Below are positions 12,315 to 24,600 of a stretch of 64,000 bases of DNA, piece after piece. The position numbers and the translations under genes are program-made. Numbering within the stretch: the stretch's first letter is position 1; each line of letters starts with the position of its first letter. The DNA comes from Balanoglossus misakiensis. Taxonomy: Eukaryota > Animalia > Hemichordata. The notes under the pieces are model-generated. The model had not been told where the DNA came from. It saw only the letters and a list, made by a program, of their open reading frames with translations, and did not search any database. The stretch lies in NCBI GenBank assembly GCA_040954595.2, contig CM082591.2, forward strand, positions 981,882-1,045,881, written 5' to 3'.

Positions 12315-14180
12315 CTATTAGGTGAAACAGAGGTCAAAGGTCAAACATGCTGTATTGAGGAATATGTTAGAGTTTAGTGTTTTATTGTTCATTTTGACAA
12401 AAGAAAACATATTACAAAAGAAATGAGTCATTGCTATGACAACTGAACTACTAAAGGGCAGTTTCTCTACACAATGTTTACAGTGATGAGTAACCATGGC
12501 AACCAGACTAACCCCCAGTTTCTGGAACTATTGCTAATTCTCTGCAATACTGAGGAGGAAATTTACTTTGTCTCTTTATTGACAGGTTATTATAATATGC
12601 ATGAAAGATATTCTTATTTAAAAATTAAATGGATATATTAACATTGATGATCCCATGGTAACACATTTGAAGAAATCGGGTCAAAAATGCTCTTTTTCTC
12701 GTAACTTTTGACTCAATAGACCTTTCATAAAAATTCTTGAACTAAACTTCAGGGATAATTCCTCAGTTCATTATTTTCTTGAACAAATTTATTTTGGTAA
12801 CATTATTAACTGGTAATCATGACAACTGAATTTATTTTGAACAATATGGCACTTTGCAAGAGTTAGTGTTTTTATAAAACTTCTTTTAACAAATTGAATT
12901 AATGCTTTGATAAATTTTCTGCCAAAGTACTCTATATGTTTGAAGTTTTTCAATACCAAATAACCATGGCAACATACATGGAACAGATCAGTAAATCAAT
13001 AATCATTGTCTTTTAATTTTAAAGATGGTTGTGTTGAATATATTGATTTTAATATTTCTAGATAACATGGTTACGATCATTTTGAACCACATATACCAGT
13101 AGGTCACTGGTCAGCCAGTTCTTGGTGTGTTATAGGTCAGAAAAGAAAAATGCCTTATGAATGAGATGAATATAAATTTGTTTCTTTTTTAGCAATGCAG
13201 AATTTTATGGTCTGCTTTCAAATCAATAATTGTAACAACAGTGAACAGAGAACAAATCCACTGTCCTTAGCTGAGAAGGCTGCCACTTTCTGAGACCAGG
13301 TGAGTATTTTGTTGAACGAAGACATGACAAGTCATTGTACCATTAATTAACTTCGGAGAATTTCCTGATACTGTTGTCCTATAATGGGCTCCTGAAAATT
13401 AAATGCATAATATTGGAAATTTATGTACTGGTCTACTGATTTTTGCAAGAAGATCTGAAAGGAGTTTGTTAATGGGCAAGACTTGTAATTTGTTTCCCAT
13501 AGATGACAATGGTACCGTTGAGCTAAATATTCCTATTTCATAACATTCAGGGAGCCATATCCCATTAACTGCAGTCAGAACATGGTCTCTGCACTGGCCA
13601 AATTTTTGTGCAGGCAAGTCCATGATTTTTTTCAGAAAAGGTCATAATCGCACCCCACCAGTGATAATTTTGATAAAATCATGCCAAATTTACAGTTGCT
13701 GCACCTTGCACTAACTCTGATGTGTACAACAAAATTCCACCACGTTCTCTGACATAATTGGGACATTTGAATGCATCTTATGATGCTCTCTCCAAAAAAC
13801 GCTACATATCCATGGTATATCCTAATTGAGCATCAATTCAGGTCTCAAAATAATAGGCAATGCACTACTTTTTTGACAGGCTATCTTCATGGGTAACAAA
13901 CCAGGAAGTGCATGAATTACAAGTCTTGTGCCTAATCATTGAGATGTTAAACCTGCAGTCACTTCGTTTTTGCAGTTCTTTGAGCTGCTTTGCACTAGCT
14001 TCAAAGGGCAGTAAGCTTTTTGCTTGTAAGCTGATAGATTCAGCTGGTATGGGATGAATTGGTCTGCCATGGGAACATGTATGCAGCTATACATGTTCCC
14101 ATTACTTTTCATTGCGAAGTGCAGCAAACATATTTCTAGTAAAGTATGTTTGGACATCATGGCATATTTCATTACCTTAC

Positions 14181-16596
14181 CTTCTTTGTCCTTTTTTGTT
14201 TTTATTCTGCACAAATAAAAAACTAATAGTAACACCAACACTCCAATTAAGATTAGTACTGCTACATATACCAGTATCTTGTCAACCATGATACATGTAT
14301 CTACAAAAAGAAATAAAACCAATTTGCAGAGATCAAACCCATACATTTTTGAGGGTCATATAATGATTTTTATTCACAAAGGAGTAATAAGAAAGTACTA
14401 AGAGCAGGAATGAATAATTTGTAATGTGACAATAGCCTCTGCCTGTTATACTACAGGTGGTATCGGGCTTTGTGAACGCTTGAGTCATGAGATTTTGCTG
14501 ATACAAGACTGTAACCTTCCTTGGAGATGTAAGTTTGGGGATTAGTGTGCAGATCCATCTCGCGATTCTAACGCAAACGTCATTGACCCACTCCTTAGTC
14601 AGGCATCATGATTTCATGCAAATTAAGGGAAATAGACCTAAATGTGACCTACATCTAGACCAAAGACATGACCACATCTAGGTAAATCTAGCATGAAATG
14701 TAAACCAAGTTGGACAGCAGATAGTCATATAGCTCAAAAGACCTTGTTAATTTGCAATTCTAACTTGTTTTCATTCAAATTAATTGGCCTTTTTTCCACT
14801 TCAGTGTGTTATATTAGTATGACATTTATCACCACACACTCGTGTGTGTCCTAACAGTTCCCTCTAAGATGATATCTGAATTGATGTGGCCAAAACGTGA
14901 GGTTTTAATGCCTCAGGGAGTCAGAGGTTTATTATGATAACGTACCTTTCAAACCTACCGCCTCTAGAATGTTATTAAACAGTTCTGATAAAGTAAGACA
15001 TTGTCCATTCTCTATGGTACCTGTCAAAACAACCAAGAAATATTATTTTGAGTAAAGCATAAAATCATTCACAACATAAAAAAAAATATAAAAAAATCAC
15101 TCAATACAATATTAAACCAAAACATGACAATGTGTGAACATTCATACTAACACTCCTGGCATACTGCGAGTGTGGATCCCACACTCTCACAGAATCGAAA
15201 GATGTATATGACACGAGCACTGATTGATGATATCTGAATTGATGTGGCCAAAACGTGAGGTTTTAATGCCTCAGGGAGTCAGAGGTTTATTATGATAACG
15301 TACCTTTCAAACCTACCGCCTCTAGAATGTTATTAAACAGTTCTGATAAAGGAAGACCTAGTCCATTCTCTATGGTACCTGTCAAAACAACCAAGAAATA
15401 TTATTTTGAGTAAAGCATAAAATCATTCACGACATAAAATTTTTTTTAAAAAATCACTCAATACAATAACCAAAACAAGACAATGTGTTAACATAATTCA
15501 TACTAACACTCCTGGCATACTGCGAGTGTGGGATCAGAGTGTGAGAACAAATCGATCCCACACTCTCACAGAATCGAAAGATGTACCGGTATATGACGCG
15601 AGCACTGAATGGATGACAAATCGTTCTTTAATGAACGTGTGCTAAATGTTATCCAATGGTGTGATGTGTATTACACGGACAGAAAATACAACATGCCAGA
15701 CGACAGGTACACTGCAGTCAATTATTCACTGTTTCCAATACGAATTTGGCTAATTTGTGGCCATGTGAAAAATATAATCTCACATACTGTACACCAAGGA
15801 CCTAGCTGGGATCTTATTTCTCACACTCGTCGGGGCTATTTTGTCCCAGACTTGCCTGCGGCTCGTGTGGGACGAAAATCCCCAACTAGTGTGAGAAATA
15901 CGATCCCAGGTCTTTGGGATGAGTGTGAGATTCTATTATTCTCACAACCTTTGATGAGTGTGAGATTCTATTATTCTCACAACCTTTGCCGCTGGACTTT
16001 TCTTCAGGCAAGGGATCAAGAGTAGTAATGTAAACATCATAGTCTTGGCGCTTGAATATGCTGCTGAGACTTTTTTGGAGTAAATACAATGACAGATCTT
16101 CAGTCCACCATCCTGTACTGACCATTAGAATACCATTATCTGAGAAAGAAACAACAGAGAAAATAATTTAGGTCGTCATATCTACCTTAACCTGGTACCG
16201 CGGTACAGCAGGTACATATAACAATAGGTGGACAAGTAAACGAGAGACAAAACTACGTCACAAACATGCCATGTGATAACAGAGGGAGTGTCAAAGCTTT
16301 AACTGCATGTACTATTACAAACAGTGGTGATGTGTTGGTTTACATTTCTTTTAGCCCTTTTCCCATTTTCTTGTGGGCGTGTCCACTTAGTAATGCAAGG
16401 CATGATCATTAATAATGTATAATGATGATGTCACAAAATTAAGGCTATAATATAAATGGAGGTAATAAGACCACATTCGGAAAAACTTACTGTTGTCTGT
16501 TTTGGAACATTCGCCATTTGCATGGGTCGCCAGTGATTGTATGCCATAGAGCGAGATGAAACATGCAATGGTCAGCACACAAGTTGAAGTCTTCAT
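14181..16596 (-). CDS. Signal peptide + short ectodomain + TM exons; probably the 5' part of the NHL gene
   Basis: Exons 16491-16596 (MKTSTCVLTIACFISLYGIQSLA...), 15984-16139, 15304-15378, 14946-15020 and 14181-14300 (ILVYVAVLILIGVLVLLLVFYLC-RIKTKK), all joined by phase-1 GT-AG introns. A possible extra exon lies at 13953-14063. The link to the NHL exon is inferred from phase only. Confidence 0.65.
14868..15608. repeat. Tandem duplication of ~358 bp, each copy containing a 75-bp exon
   Basis: 14868-15225 and 15226-~15608 are near-identical; both start GATGATATCTGAATTGATGTGGCC. Confidence 0.95.
15799..15988. repeat. Imperfect fold-back palindrome followed by a 35-bp direct duplication
   Basis: GGGATCTTATTTCTCACACT...AGTGTGAGAAATACGATCCC with inner arms TTTTGTCCCA/TGGGACGAAAA; then 2x GATGAGTGTGAGATTCTATTATTCTCACAACCTTT. 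Confidence 0.75.
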
Positions 16597-19500
16597 TATC
16601 ACCTTCCTCTGGTAATTTTCTTTATATTAATTTCTGCAAAGAACGCAATATACCTGTGTTGTAGATGCAATATCAGGGGAGTTAACTGAAATAAGTAATA
16701 TTAATGAAAGTTACATGCATGTAAATCACAACCGCTAGACATTTTTCAATTAGGTGTCTGTTCAAGTCAAGAAAATTTACATGCTTGTTATTTCCAAAAG
16801 ATTTCATTTTGTGGGTGTGTTTCTGTGACATGAAATTAAAAGAGGTGTGGCTCGAGTTTGAGGAGTGAAAGAAAAAGTCAGAAAATCACCAACTTCAATG
16901 CAACATACCTCTTAGTCTTAGTGTTGCAACAGAATAGTTGATTCCTTCAGAAGGTAGAATCTCTGTCCAGGTACACAAGGAAGCTAGGTCGATCCAGAGC
17001 GTTGCAGTTGTGAACTGGGGAAAAAATCGCACAAAAGTCCCAGAATTCAGTTATCTGTACCTGTTACCAAGCACGCTTGTCATGTGATCTGATAAAAACA
17101 ACCTGGATGGATGTACATCTTATCACAGTCTGGACTCAAAGTCAAAGTTTAATTGCCATAGTTTAACTGCCATAGAAAATGTCAGCAATTGAAATCCAGT
17201 TAACTTTTACAATGTTTCACTGCAACTAACTAAAACTTCATCAAATGTTTTAAATATTCTTTGGTGACTGGAACTTTGTCATCTTTTATTCAATTCAAAT
17301 ATATATTTTTTTCTGTTGAATTTCCATTTGATGTTATTTGTTAACAGGACAGTTGGTTATATGAGGTAAAGGTCAGATAAGGTCGATTGCAGATAAAGCC
17401 AGTTGCACATATACCACTGTTAACTGATTAAAATTTAGTCATCCAAATTAAGAGTAAATATGGATAATGCTAAGAAGTTTTAACAGTAAGTCTCATAGTC
17501 TGAAAACGAAAAATATAGTCTAGCAAAAATTGCTTCTCACAAACAGTAATGACCATTATCTTTATCAAACATAATAGTTTTTGATACTTTGCGAAGCAGT
17601 GATGAAATTCCACTATTTACTTTATCAGCTCAGGTGCTCCATTTGTGATACATTGTGTATATATCAGACTCCAGAAGTAGAAACATCATAGTTGATAAGC
17701 AAGTAACCTCTCTATTGTATGTAAATTTCTACATTTATAAATAAACTGTACCTAGTAGTGTCAGAAGAAAACATCTGATATTTGCAAACACAGGATTAAT
17801 ATATGTAGGTGGACCATGTACCATTGAAACATCTCCTAAAGTGACTATTGTGTCAATTTCTCACAATGATATTATTTTCCATTGCAATTTTTCAATAATT
17901 AACCAGAATCTTGCCGAAAGGGTTCATTATCTGACACTGTTTCATGTTGGCTTTTAAACTTTGTTCTACATAGACTGGTGATGTGGATCCATTTTTCAGT
18001 AAAATCCGAACTAATTTTTTTTCTCATTTCACCAACAGGTCATCCCATCCTTCATTGAATTAGTTTTAGAGTGACTGACACAGGAAGTCAAGACTAGTCA
18101 TCTGCTGCATTTCCTCTTAGGCTGGCTTTGGCAATTTTACAAGATGCCTTTATTTTATTCGCATAAATGCAATTTTAGCTTTTCCTCTCAATTGCTTGTT
18201 GAAATGAACAGAAAGTTCAAGTATTTCCAAGTAATATTACGGATATATTCCCGATCAAGACACAGGGATGGATGAATGGAGCAAAATCAACCCCCCCCCC
18301 CAACCATCTTTTCCAGGACAAAATTAAAGCCCCATTAGCTGCCAAACTTAACATATTTATCCACAATAAAATGCTTCAAATCTCCCTACGCTTTAGAATC
18401 ATCACCATTAAGCCATATATTACTTGTATTTGCATCAGTTTGACATCTCTTGACGACACATACCACGATAGTTATGTACTCTTTGTATGGAGGCTGATTA
18501 ATTCGGTGCGGCACCCATTTAATATATCACTTGTTCAAACTGTAACATACAGCCACAATAGATGCTCATGTATACCGATCAGTAAGCTTACCTTTAATAT
18601 TTAGATGGACCAATCTAAGTTGGAAAGTAAAATCATGAAAAGTGGCAGCTCTTGGGGTTTTAATGTCTACAAGAAAAAAAAACAGAATGAAATTACGCCA
18701 CAGAATCTCATCATGTAAGTACATGTAATTTTATTTCTACGCAAAAGACTGAAAATTACTGAATTACAGCAAAGGTAAAAACACTGCTTGGCAGCTAAGT
18801 ACAAATACCAATTCATCATAAAAGATAAAGATAAAAAAGAGCTGTTAAATAAATACTTTTGAAACTTGATTAAGTACAACAGCATTAGTTGCTATAGCTA
18901 CAAATATTAAATCTCTTACACGAAAACAAAAATAAATTGTTCAATGTTGTTGAGTCAATGCTGACAATAAAAATGTTTTTAACTTACATGATCTTTGCTT
19001 CCACGCGAGGTCAGTGAAGACTGACCCATGGTCAGATATTCCATGTTGCTGGGATACGGGAAACTTTATCTAGATTACTTACATCTTGTAAACAGAAACT
19101 TGCCAGTCCAGAGAAAAAAATATTTTCTGACAACAATACAGCATAGATGATCTTTTAGATGTTACCATAGTTTCTGAGCTAAGATGATGACTATATAAAA
19201 CCTGAACATTCTAGAAACACTACATATATTTATAAATTTCAACTTGTAGTTAAGATATTTCATTTCCAATATATTCAAATACACAAGCTTGCTAAAAATA
19301 AAATACATTTTTCACAGGACTGGCATCCTGCAAACATAGACACTAATAAATTTCAACATGTAATTAAGGGTTTAGTACATACAGAAAAATAGTAAGGTGG
19401 ACTGAAGTTGTATTAAAAATGGAATGATATAAATTGTTTTCAAGGTGTACTTTTACAAACACCTGCCTTGTGGGAATAAGATACAAGTATTCTTCTGTAC

Positions 19501-20026
19501 TTTTGTTCATTGGATGAATTTGTAGTTGTCAGTTATGTTTGAAGTCTGTGGTTCACTAAAAGCAAGAATAAACACAAAAGTACTCTGAAATAAATTATGC
19601 CTACTAGTACAAATTTTATATAAGTACTGAATGTATCTGTTAAAAATGTACTTTTAAAACCTACATTATTCAACATTGTCTTTTGAAAGCCAAACTCTGT
19701 TGTCACCTGCACTGGTTTGGGCCGACCATCACCCAAGTATTTCAGTGTTTCCCAAATTGGCACAGTCCCTCCTCATGGATGTTCCAGAGAAAACATTGCA
19801 TTTCTTGGGAATGGTCAGCTAAGTACTAATGGCTTACATGTAGGTAAGAAGTAAGGTATATGCCGACACCCTGAACACTTAAAATTCTGGACAAGTTCAG
19901 TCATGTTGGATGTTTGACTTTCAAAAGAAACTGCTGCTACGGTACCAATATTACAAAGTTGGTTTAAATTTGCAGCATGGAATAAGCTTTAAAATCTCAT
20001 TATTTTGAGATGCATGATTGTCATTT

Positions 20027-20731
20027 CTAATCTTCTTGCTTTCTTTTCGGTTTCTTGGGATTTCTTGATCTGGACTTTGCTTTGCACAGAGGACATATTG
20101 GTGCATTGCGGTGAATCTGTTGATGACAAGAAAGGCAAGCTTTCATCGGAGGTGGTTGCTGTCGAAATCCTGTTTGTTGTTGTCTCTCTGCTGGCTGCCT
20201 GGCCACTCCGGAGACTTGCATCTGCTGTGCGGCAGGCGCTGTGGTCAACCGAGGCGACATGACGGGTTCTGTCGGTCGCTCTTCGCTCAAAACCTGGTAG
20301 TTCTGTCGCTGTTTCTCAAAGTAATCTGGAGTGAGCTTGATATCATCTTCGTACAACTCTGGTAATTTATCAAGTCCTACGCTTGCTCTCATACCATCGA
20401 TATGTTGTTTCAAAGGAAGGTACTCATCGTGCAAACGCCTGGCATTCTCCAAGGACTGATTCCTGTCTGTTTCGGCTTGTTTAATCGTCGTTTCCATCAC
20501 ATTGATATCAGCATGGATGAGACGAAGTTCATCGACATGTGCCATTTTCTCTTGTAGTAAGGAATCCATTTCCTTCTTGTAGTCTTTCAACATATCTTCT
20601 TCTCTTTCTGTATCCTCGAAGTGTTCCAAGAGCTCATTCTTCACGCCTTCTAGCTGGTCCATTTTTGACCGCAGTACTTTTAATGTTTCAAGTCGAGACA
20701 ACATCACTGCATCTTCATGGTGGGTAGCCAT
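20027..20731 (-). CDS. ZC4H2: Zinc finger C4H2 domain-containing protein, single coding exon
   Basis: Coiled-coil region [23 protein letters not shown] and the diagnostic C-terminus [39 protein letters not shown]. Confidence 0.96.
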   Translation of the reverse strand: MATHHEDAVMLSRLETLKVLRSKMDQLEGVKNELLEHFEDTEREEDMLKDYKKEMDSLLQEKMAHVDELRLIHADINVMETTIKQAETDRNQSLENARRLHDEYLPLKQHIDGMRASVGLDKLPELYEDDIKLTPDYFEKQRQNYQVLSEERPTEPVMSPRLTTAPAAQQMQVSGVARQPAERQQQTGFRQQPPPMKACLSCHQQIHRNAPICPLCKAKSRSRNPKKPKRKQED

Positions 20732-20983
20732 CTTGGAATGGTTTTATTGTTGTTGGGTATGTTTCACGTTCAGCCTCGTTCACAATAATTTAATTGCAAA
20801 CAAAAAAAGAACACCCCAAAATGTCAACTGTCGCACCAAAACCCATATCCCAGCAATATTTCTTTTCAAAATATTGTCTATCAACATTGTTGTCTTTTAA
20901 ATGGGAGTGCAGGACGAATTCAACGGGAGGGATGACTCAGCTATGGTAATAGAGGCAGGTTCAAAGGTCAATACTGCACTTGC

Positions 20984-21065
20984 TAGTCTCGGTTACCCAG
21001 ACTCCTTCGCGCGGGCTCTCGCTTTGGCGATAGCCCACGCGAAGGAGTCTGGGTAACCAAGACTA
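20984..21065. mobile_element. 82-bp palindromic element (39-bp stem, 4-nt loop, TA at both ends), MITE-like
   Basis: TAGTCTCGGTTACCCAGACTCCTTCGCGCGGGCTCTCGC-TTTG-GCGATAGCCCACGCGAAGGAGTCTGGGTAACCAAGACTA, 3 mismatches in the stem. The hairpin is certain; MITE identity is inferred. Confidence 0.7.
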
Positions 21066-21696
21066 AAAGTTGTTACTGCACGTTTGGTAGTAAACAAAGT
21101 TGCCAAACGTGAAGGTATTGTAAACACATGACAATAAGAATGGACTCAGTATATGTAGTTCATGTCCTTGAGGAAACCAAGTGACAATTCTTTATTGCAA
21201 TATAACTTTTTTATACATGTAGCATAAATGGAAACTGAATAGCACAACTCCTTGTCAGTTTCAAACAAAGCATTTCACATTGAGAAATTCCACGACCTTC
21301 AAAAAACTTACAAGTCTGTTCATCACATATATATTACAACATCAAGGGGAAGCTACTATAATAGTAGAAAGTCACATAGTTTAGAACAATTGGCAAAACA
21401 AAGTTATGAACACAAATTCTTTTTTTGCCTTTGATCGTTTCTTAACTTGATGGGCATCACATGGAAAGACGGCTGTTTGAGTAAATAGAATAAATGCTGT
21501 ACATTAATATGTCTTCTTCATATTATACATTAAATATAATGTGACTTTATTAACACTAGCAAAACCTACATCTCAGTACTTTGAGGGTGTGACTGTGGTA
21601 TTTTTTAAGTGTTTTGCAAACACAGTTTTGTTTGAATGGTGCGTTTGAATTCCAAGTTTTATAATCAAAACATTTACAGATCAAGGACTTCTAATC

Positions 21697-24600
21697 TCAC
21701 TCGGATTCAGACGAAGTGAAGTCATAAACAGATGAGGGTGGTAGATTCGTTAAGCGCCTTTTCCTTGGTATAACTGAAATGTAAGGAAATTCGCATTTCC
21801 TCTTGGAAACATCATTTGCCCATAGAGATTTCTTTAGTGGTTTCACTGGAGTTTCTGTGGAGAAAACACCGTCTTCACATAGAGATTTCTTTATTTGTTT
21901 CATGGGGGTTTCAGCAGAGAAAACACCACCTGCACATAGAGATTTCTTTGTTGGTTTCACTGGCGTTTCTGTGTAGAAAAAAAAAGTGAAAACATTTAGC
22001 GGCGTCATGCACATAGAAAAGTCAGTTTATAAATTCAGAATTATGTCCTCTAAGTATGCATAATATTCAAATTTGAACATGTCTGCCATGCAGCACCAGA
22101 AGATATTTATTGATTTAGTCGAACCTGTGTTAGTGGCCACCTCTATATAACGGCCACTTATGAAGATCTTGTCAATCAAATTACCTGGTATGTCTCTTTG
22201 TCCTCTGGTAAAGCCTCTCTCAATCTGTCTGATCTGTTTATGTTTCTTACATGTTGCAGAACTCCTTTCAATCCAGGACTTGTAGTTTCTGCTGTTCAAA
22301 CTCCTACCAACATTCACTGAACAACCTGAAAAGTATAACATCACAAACTTTGGGGGATGCAGTTTGGAGTTTTGTGTTCTACTTGGAAAGTAGTGAGTCA
22401 ACGTGATCAGGTAAAACCTGGGATCTTAACGGGATATTAAATTTTGACTGAACAAGAGCCCCAACCAGGAATATCATGATAATTTTAACATTTAAGTCTC
22501 ATTGTCAGATTAAAACTGTAGACTGATAAATATTACCTGGACAATTCTCCATGAAGAATTTCTCCTCTGCTCTTGTCATAGTCCCATTTTTCTTCCTGTT
22601 GCAGTCTGCATGCAAAGAAACATTTGAAACTTTAACAATAATGAAAGTAGTGTTTCAAAAATAATGCCTTTTATTCTGATCTAAAGCTGACTTGTCTCTC
22701 CTCAATTATCATAAGACCCTCTGCAAATTGAAGTTGAGACCAGAACTGGAAAATGAGAATTAACCGTTAAAGTCAGAACGTCTCCAGTAAAAATTTATCA
22801 ACTTTCATACAAGTGTATTTTGCCTGGACACAGAAAATTCCCAGACAATGTACCGATATTATCTGCAATGAATAAGTGTTTGTAGCTCACCTTGTTTTGG
22901 GGGTGTCAAAAGAAAATGACTTTGAACTTTGCTTGCTGACATCCACTTGGCTACAAATATCTTCCTGTGTTTCTGACCCACTGGTAGAGTATAGCTGGGT
23001 AAACCATGAGTGGAGTTATTGTGGGTATGCGTCTTGCTAGAAGAAGTTGGTTGTAATCGCCTCTTCCTGGATACTACAGTGTGTGTCTTCATCACCGACA
23101 GCACATCGCTGGATGGTGGTTTTGGAGTAGGAAATGACAATGGCTTCTGACTGGAGACAGTGGAATTACGTCTTGGCGTGTCGTATTGTGCGTGTGTTTT
23201 CTCTGCCTTGCAGTTACGCACGGATCTTACAGACATATCCAGCCTATCTGAGGTACATTTTTCTTTGATACCTGAAGGACAATTTGGAGTTGCCCGACTG
23301 TCACTCAAGGATCTTGCACACATGGTCTGGCTACCAGAGGCACATCTATCATTGATACCTGCAGGACAGTTCCTCTGTGAAGCCCTGCCATTCTCTGCAA
23401 CTTCATCCTCCGTGTCAGAATCAATACTGACACATTTAGGAGCCACCCTCTTGACATTTCTCTGCGATCGCTTGATGTTGTCTGGATTTTTCCAAAACTT
23501 TGGTGTGCTGCTTTGGATGGGTTTTATGAAACCTGGTACAACCTCATCCTTTTGCGTCACTGATTTCTTGAATACTGCAGAATTACATTTCCCCTTGCGG
23601 ACAGTATTTCTGGCAATCACCACTCGCTTATCAGATTGACCATCTGACATGACCTGAGCACAGTTGACCTCCCTGACTTCGTCTGTGTGTGCGTCTTCAT
23701 TGCACTGTACCGACTTATCAGAATCCGGATGGACACTTGACTTGACAACATCTGCATCATGGAAATCTGACTGCACTGCCTTGTCCATAACGATCACACC
23801 TTTGCTGATTATTTCAGGGTTGAATTTCGACACTGTAGGATTTCTCAATGAACCATCGTGAGTGTTTTCATCCGCACATTTTTCCTCACTGTATCCTGTG
23901 TCTGTATTACTTGCATGCTTGTTTGACAAATCTTTCTTGCCTGCTACACTGGTTTCTGAAGAGAGTTTACCTTTGGTATGCATCTCCTTGTGGATTTCTT
24001 CTGAGTCGTCTTCACGCATCACTTCTGCACCAACTTGCTCTGTTTCATGTGGCTCCACAACCACTTTTCTCGGCTCTCCAACAACTTTCCTCACAACGGT
24101 CATAGCTTTAGGGCTCTGCAATGGAGAATAAATTGAAACAGTAACGTAGTGTGAATACGTGCTTTCTAGAAAACAAAGTCCAATGGAAGATTTGCTTTAA
24201 ATGATTGTTTTGATAATTAAAAATAATAAAGTTTACCATTTTGAAAAAAATAATGGGTGCTTTTTCATATACAGTTAATATATCTGAGCTGCCTGTCTAC
24301 AAACCTTGATTTTGTGGTGCTGGTGTTTCTCTGTGCTGTCCATTTTGTCCAGAATGATTGTCAGTTTGGTGAGACAGTCGTTAAAATGAGACAGCTGATT
24401 TTCACTGTTCAGCACCTGTGTTTTTATCTCATCATCACTCAGTCTTGCAGGGTTTTTCTCCTCATTAGGGCTATCATCTGAAATGTGAATATAGTTATTT
24501 TCATTTTATTTAGTCACCTGTGTATGAAATATTTTATGTAACATTTGCAGAGCATATGAATTTTATCTTCCACAGTATAATATCCTTGGCCTGGCAGCAT

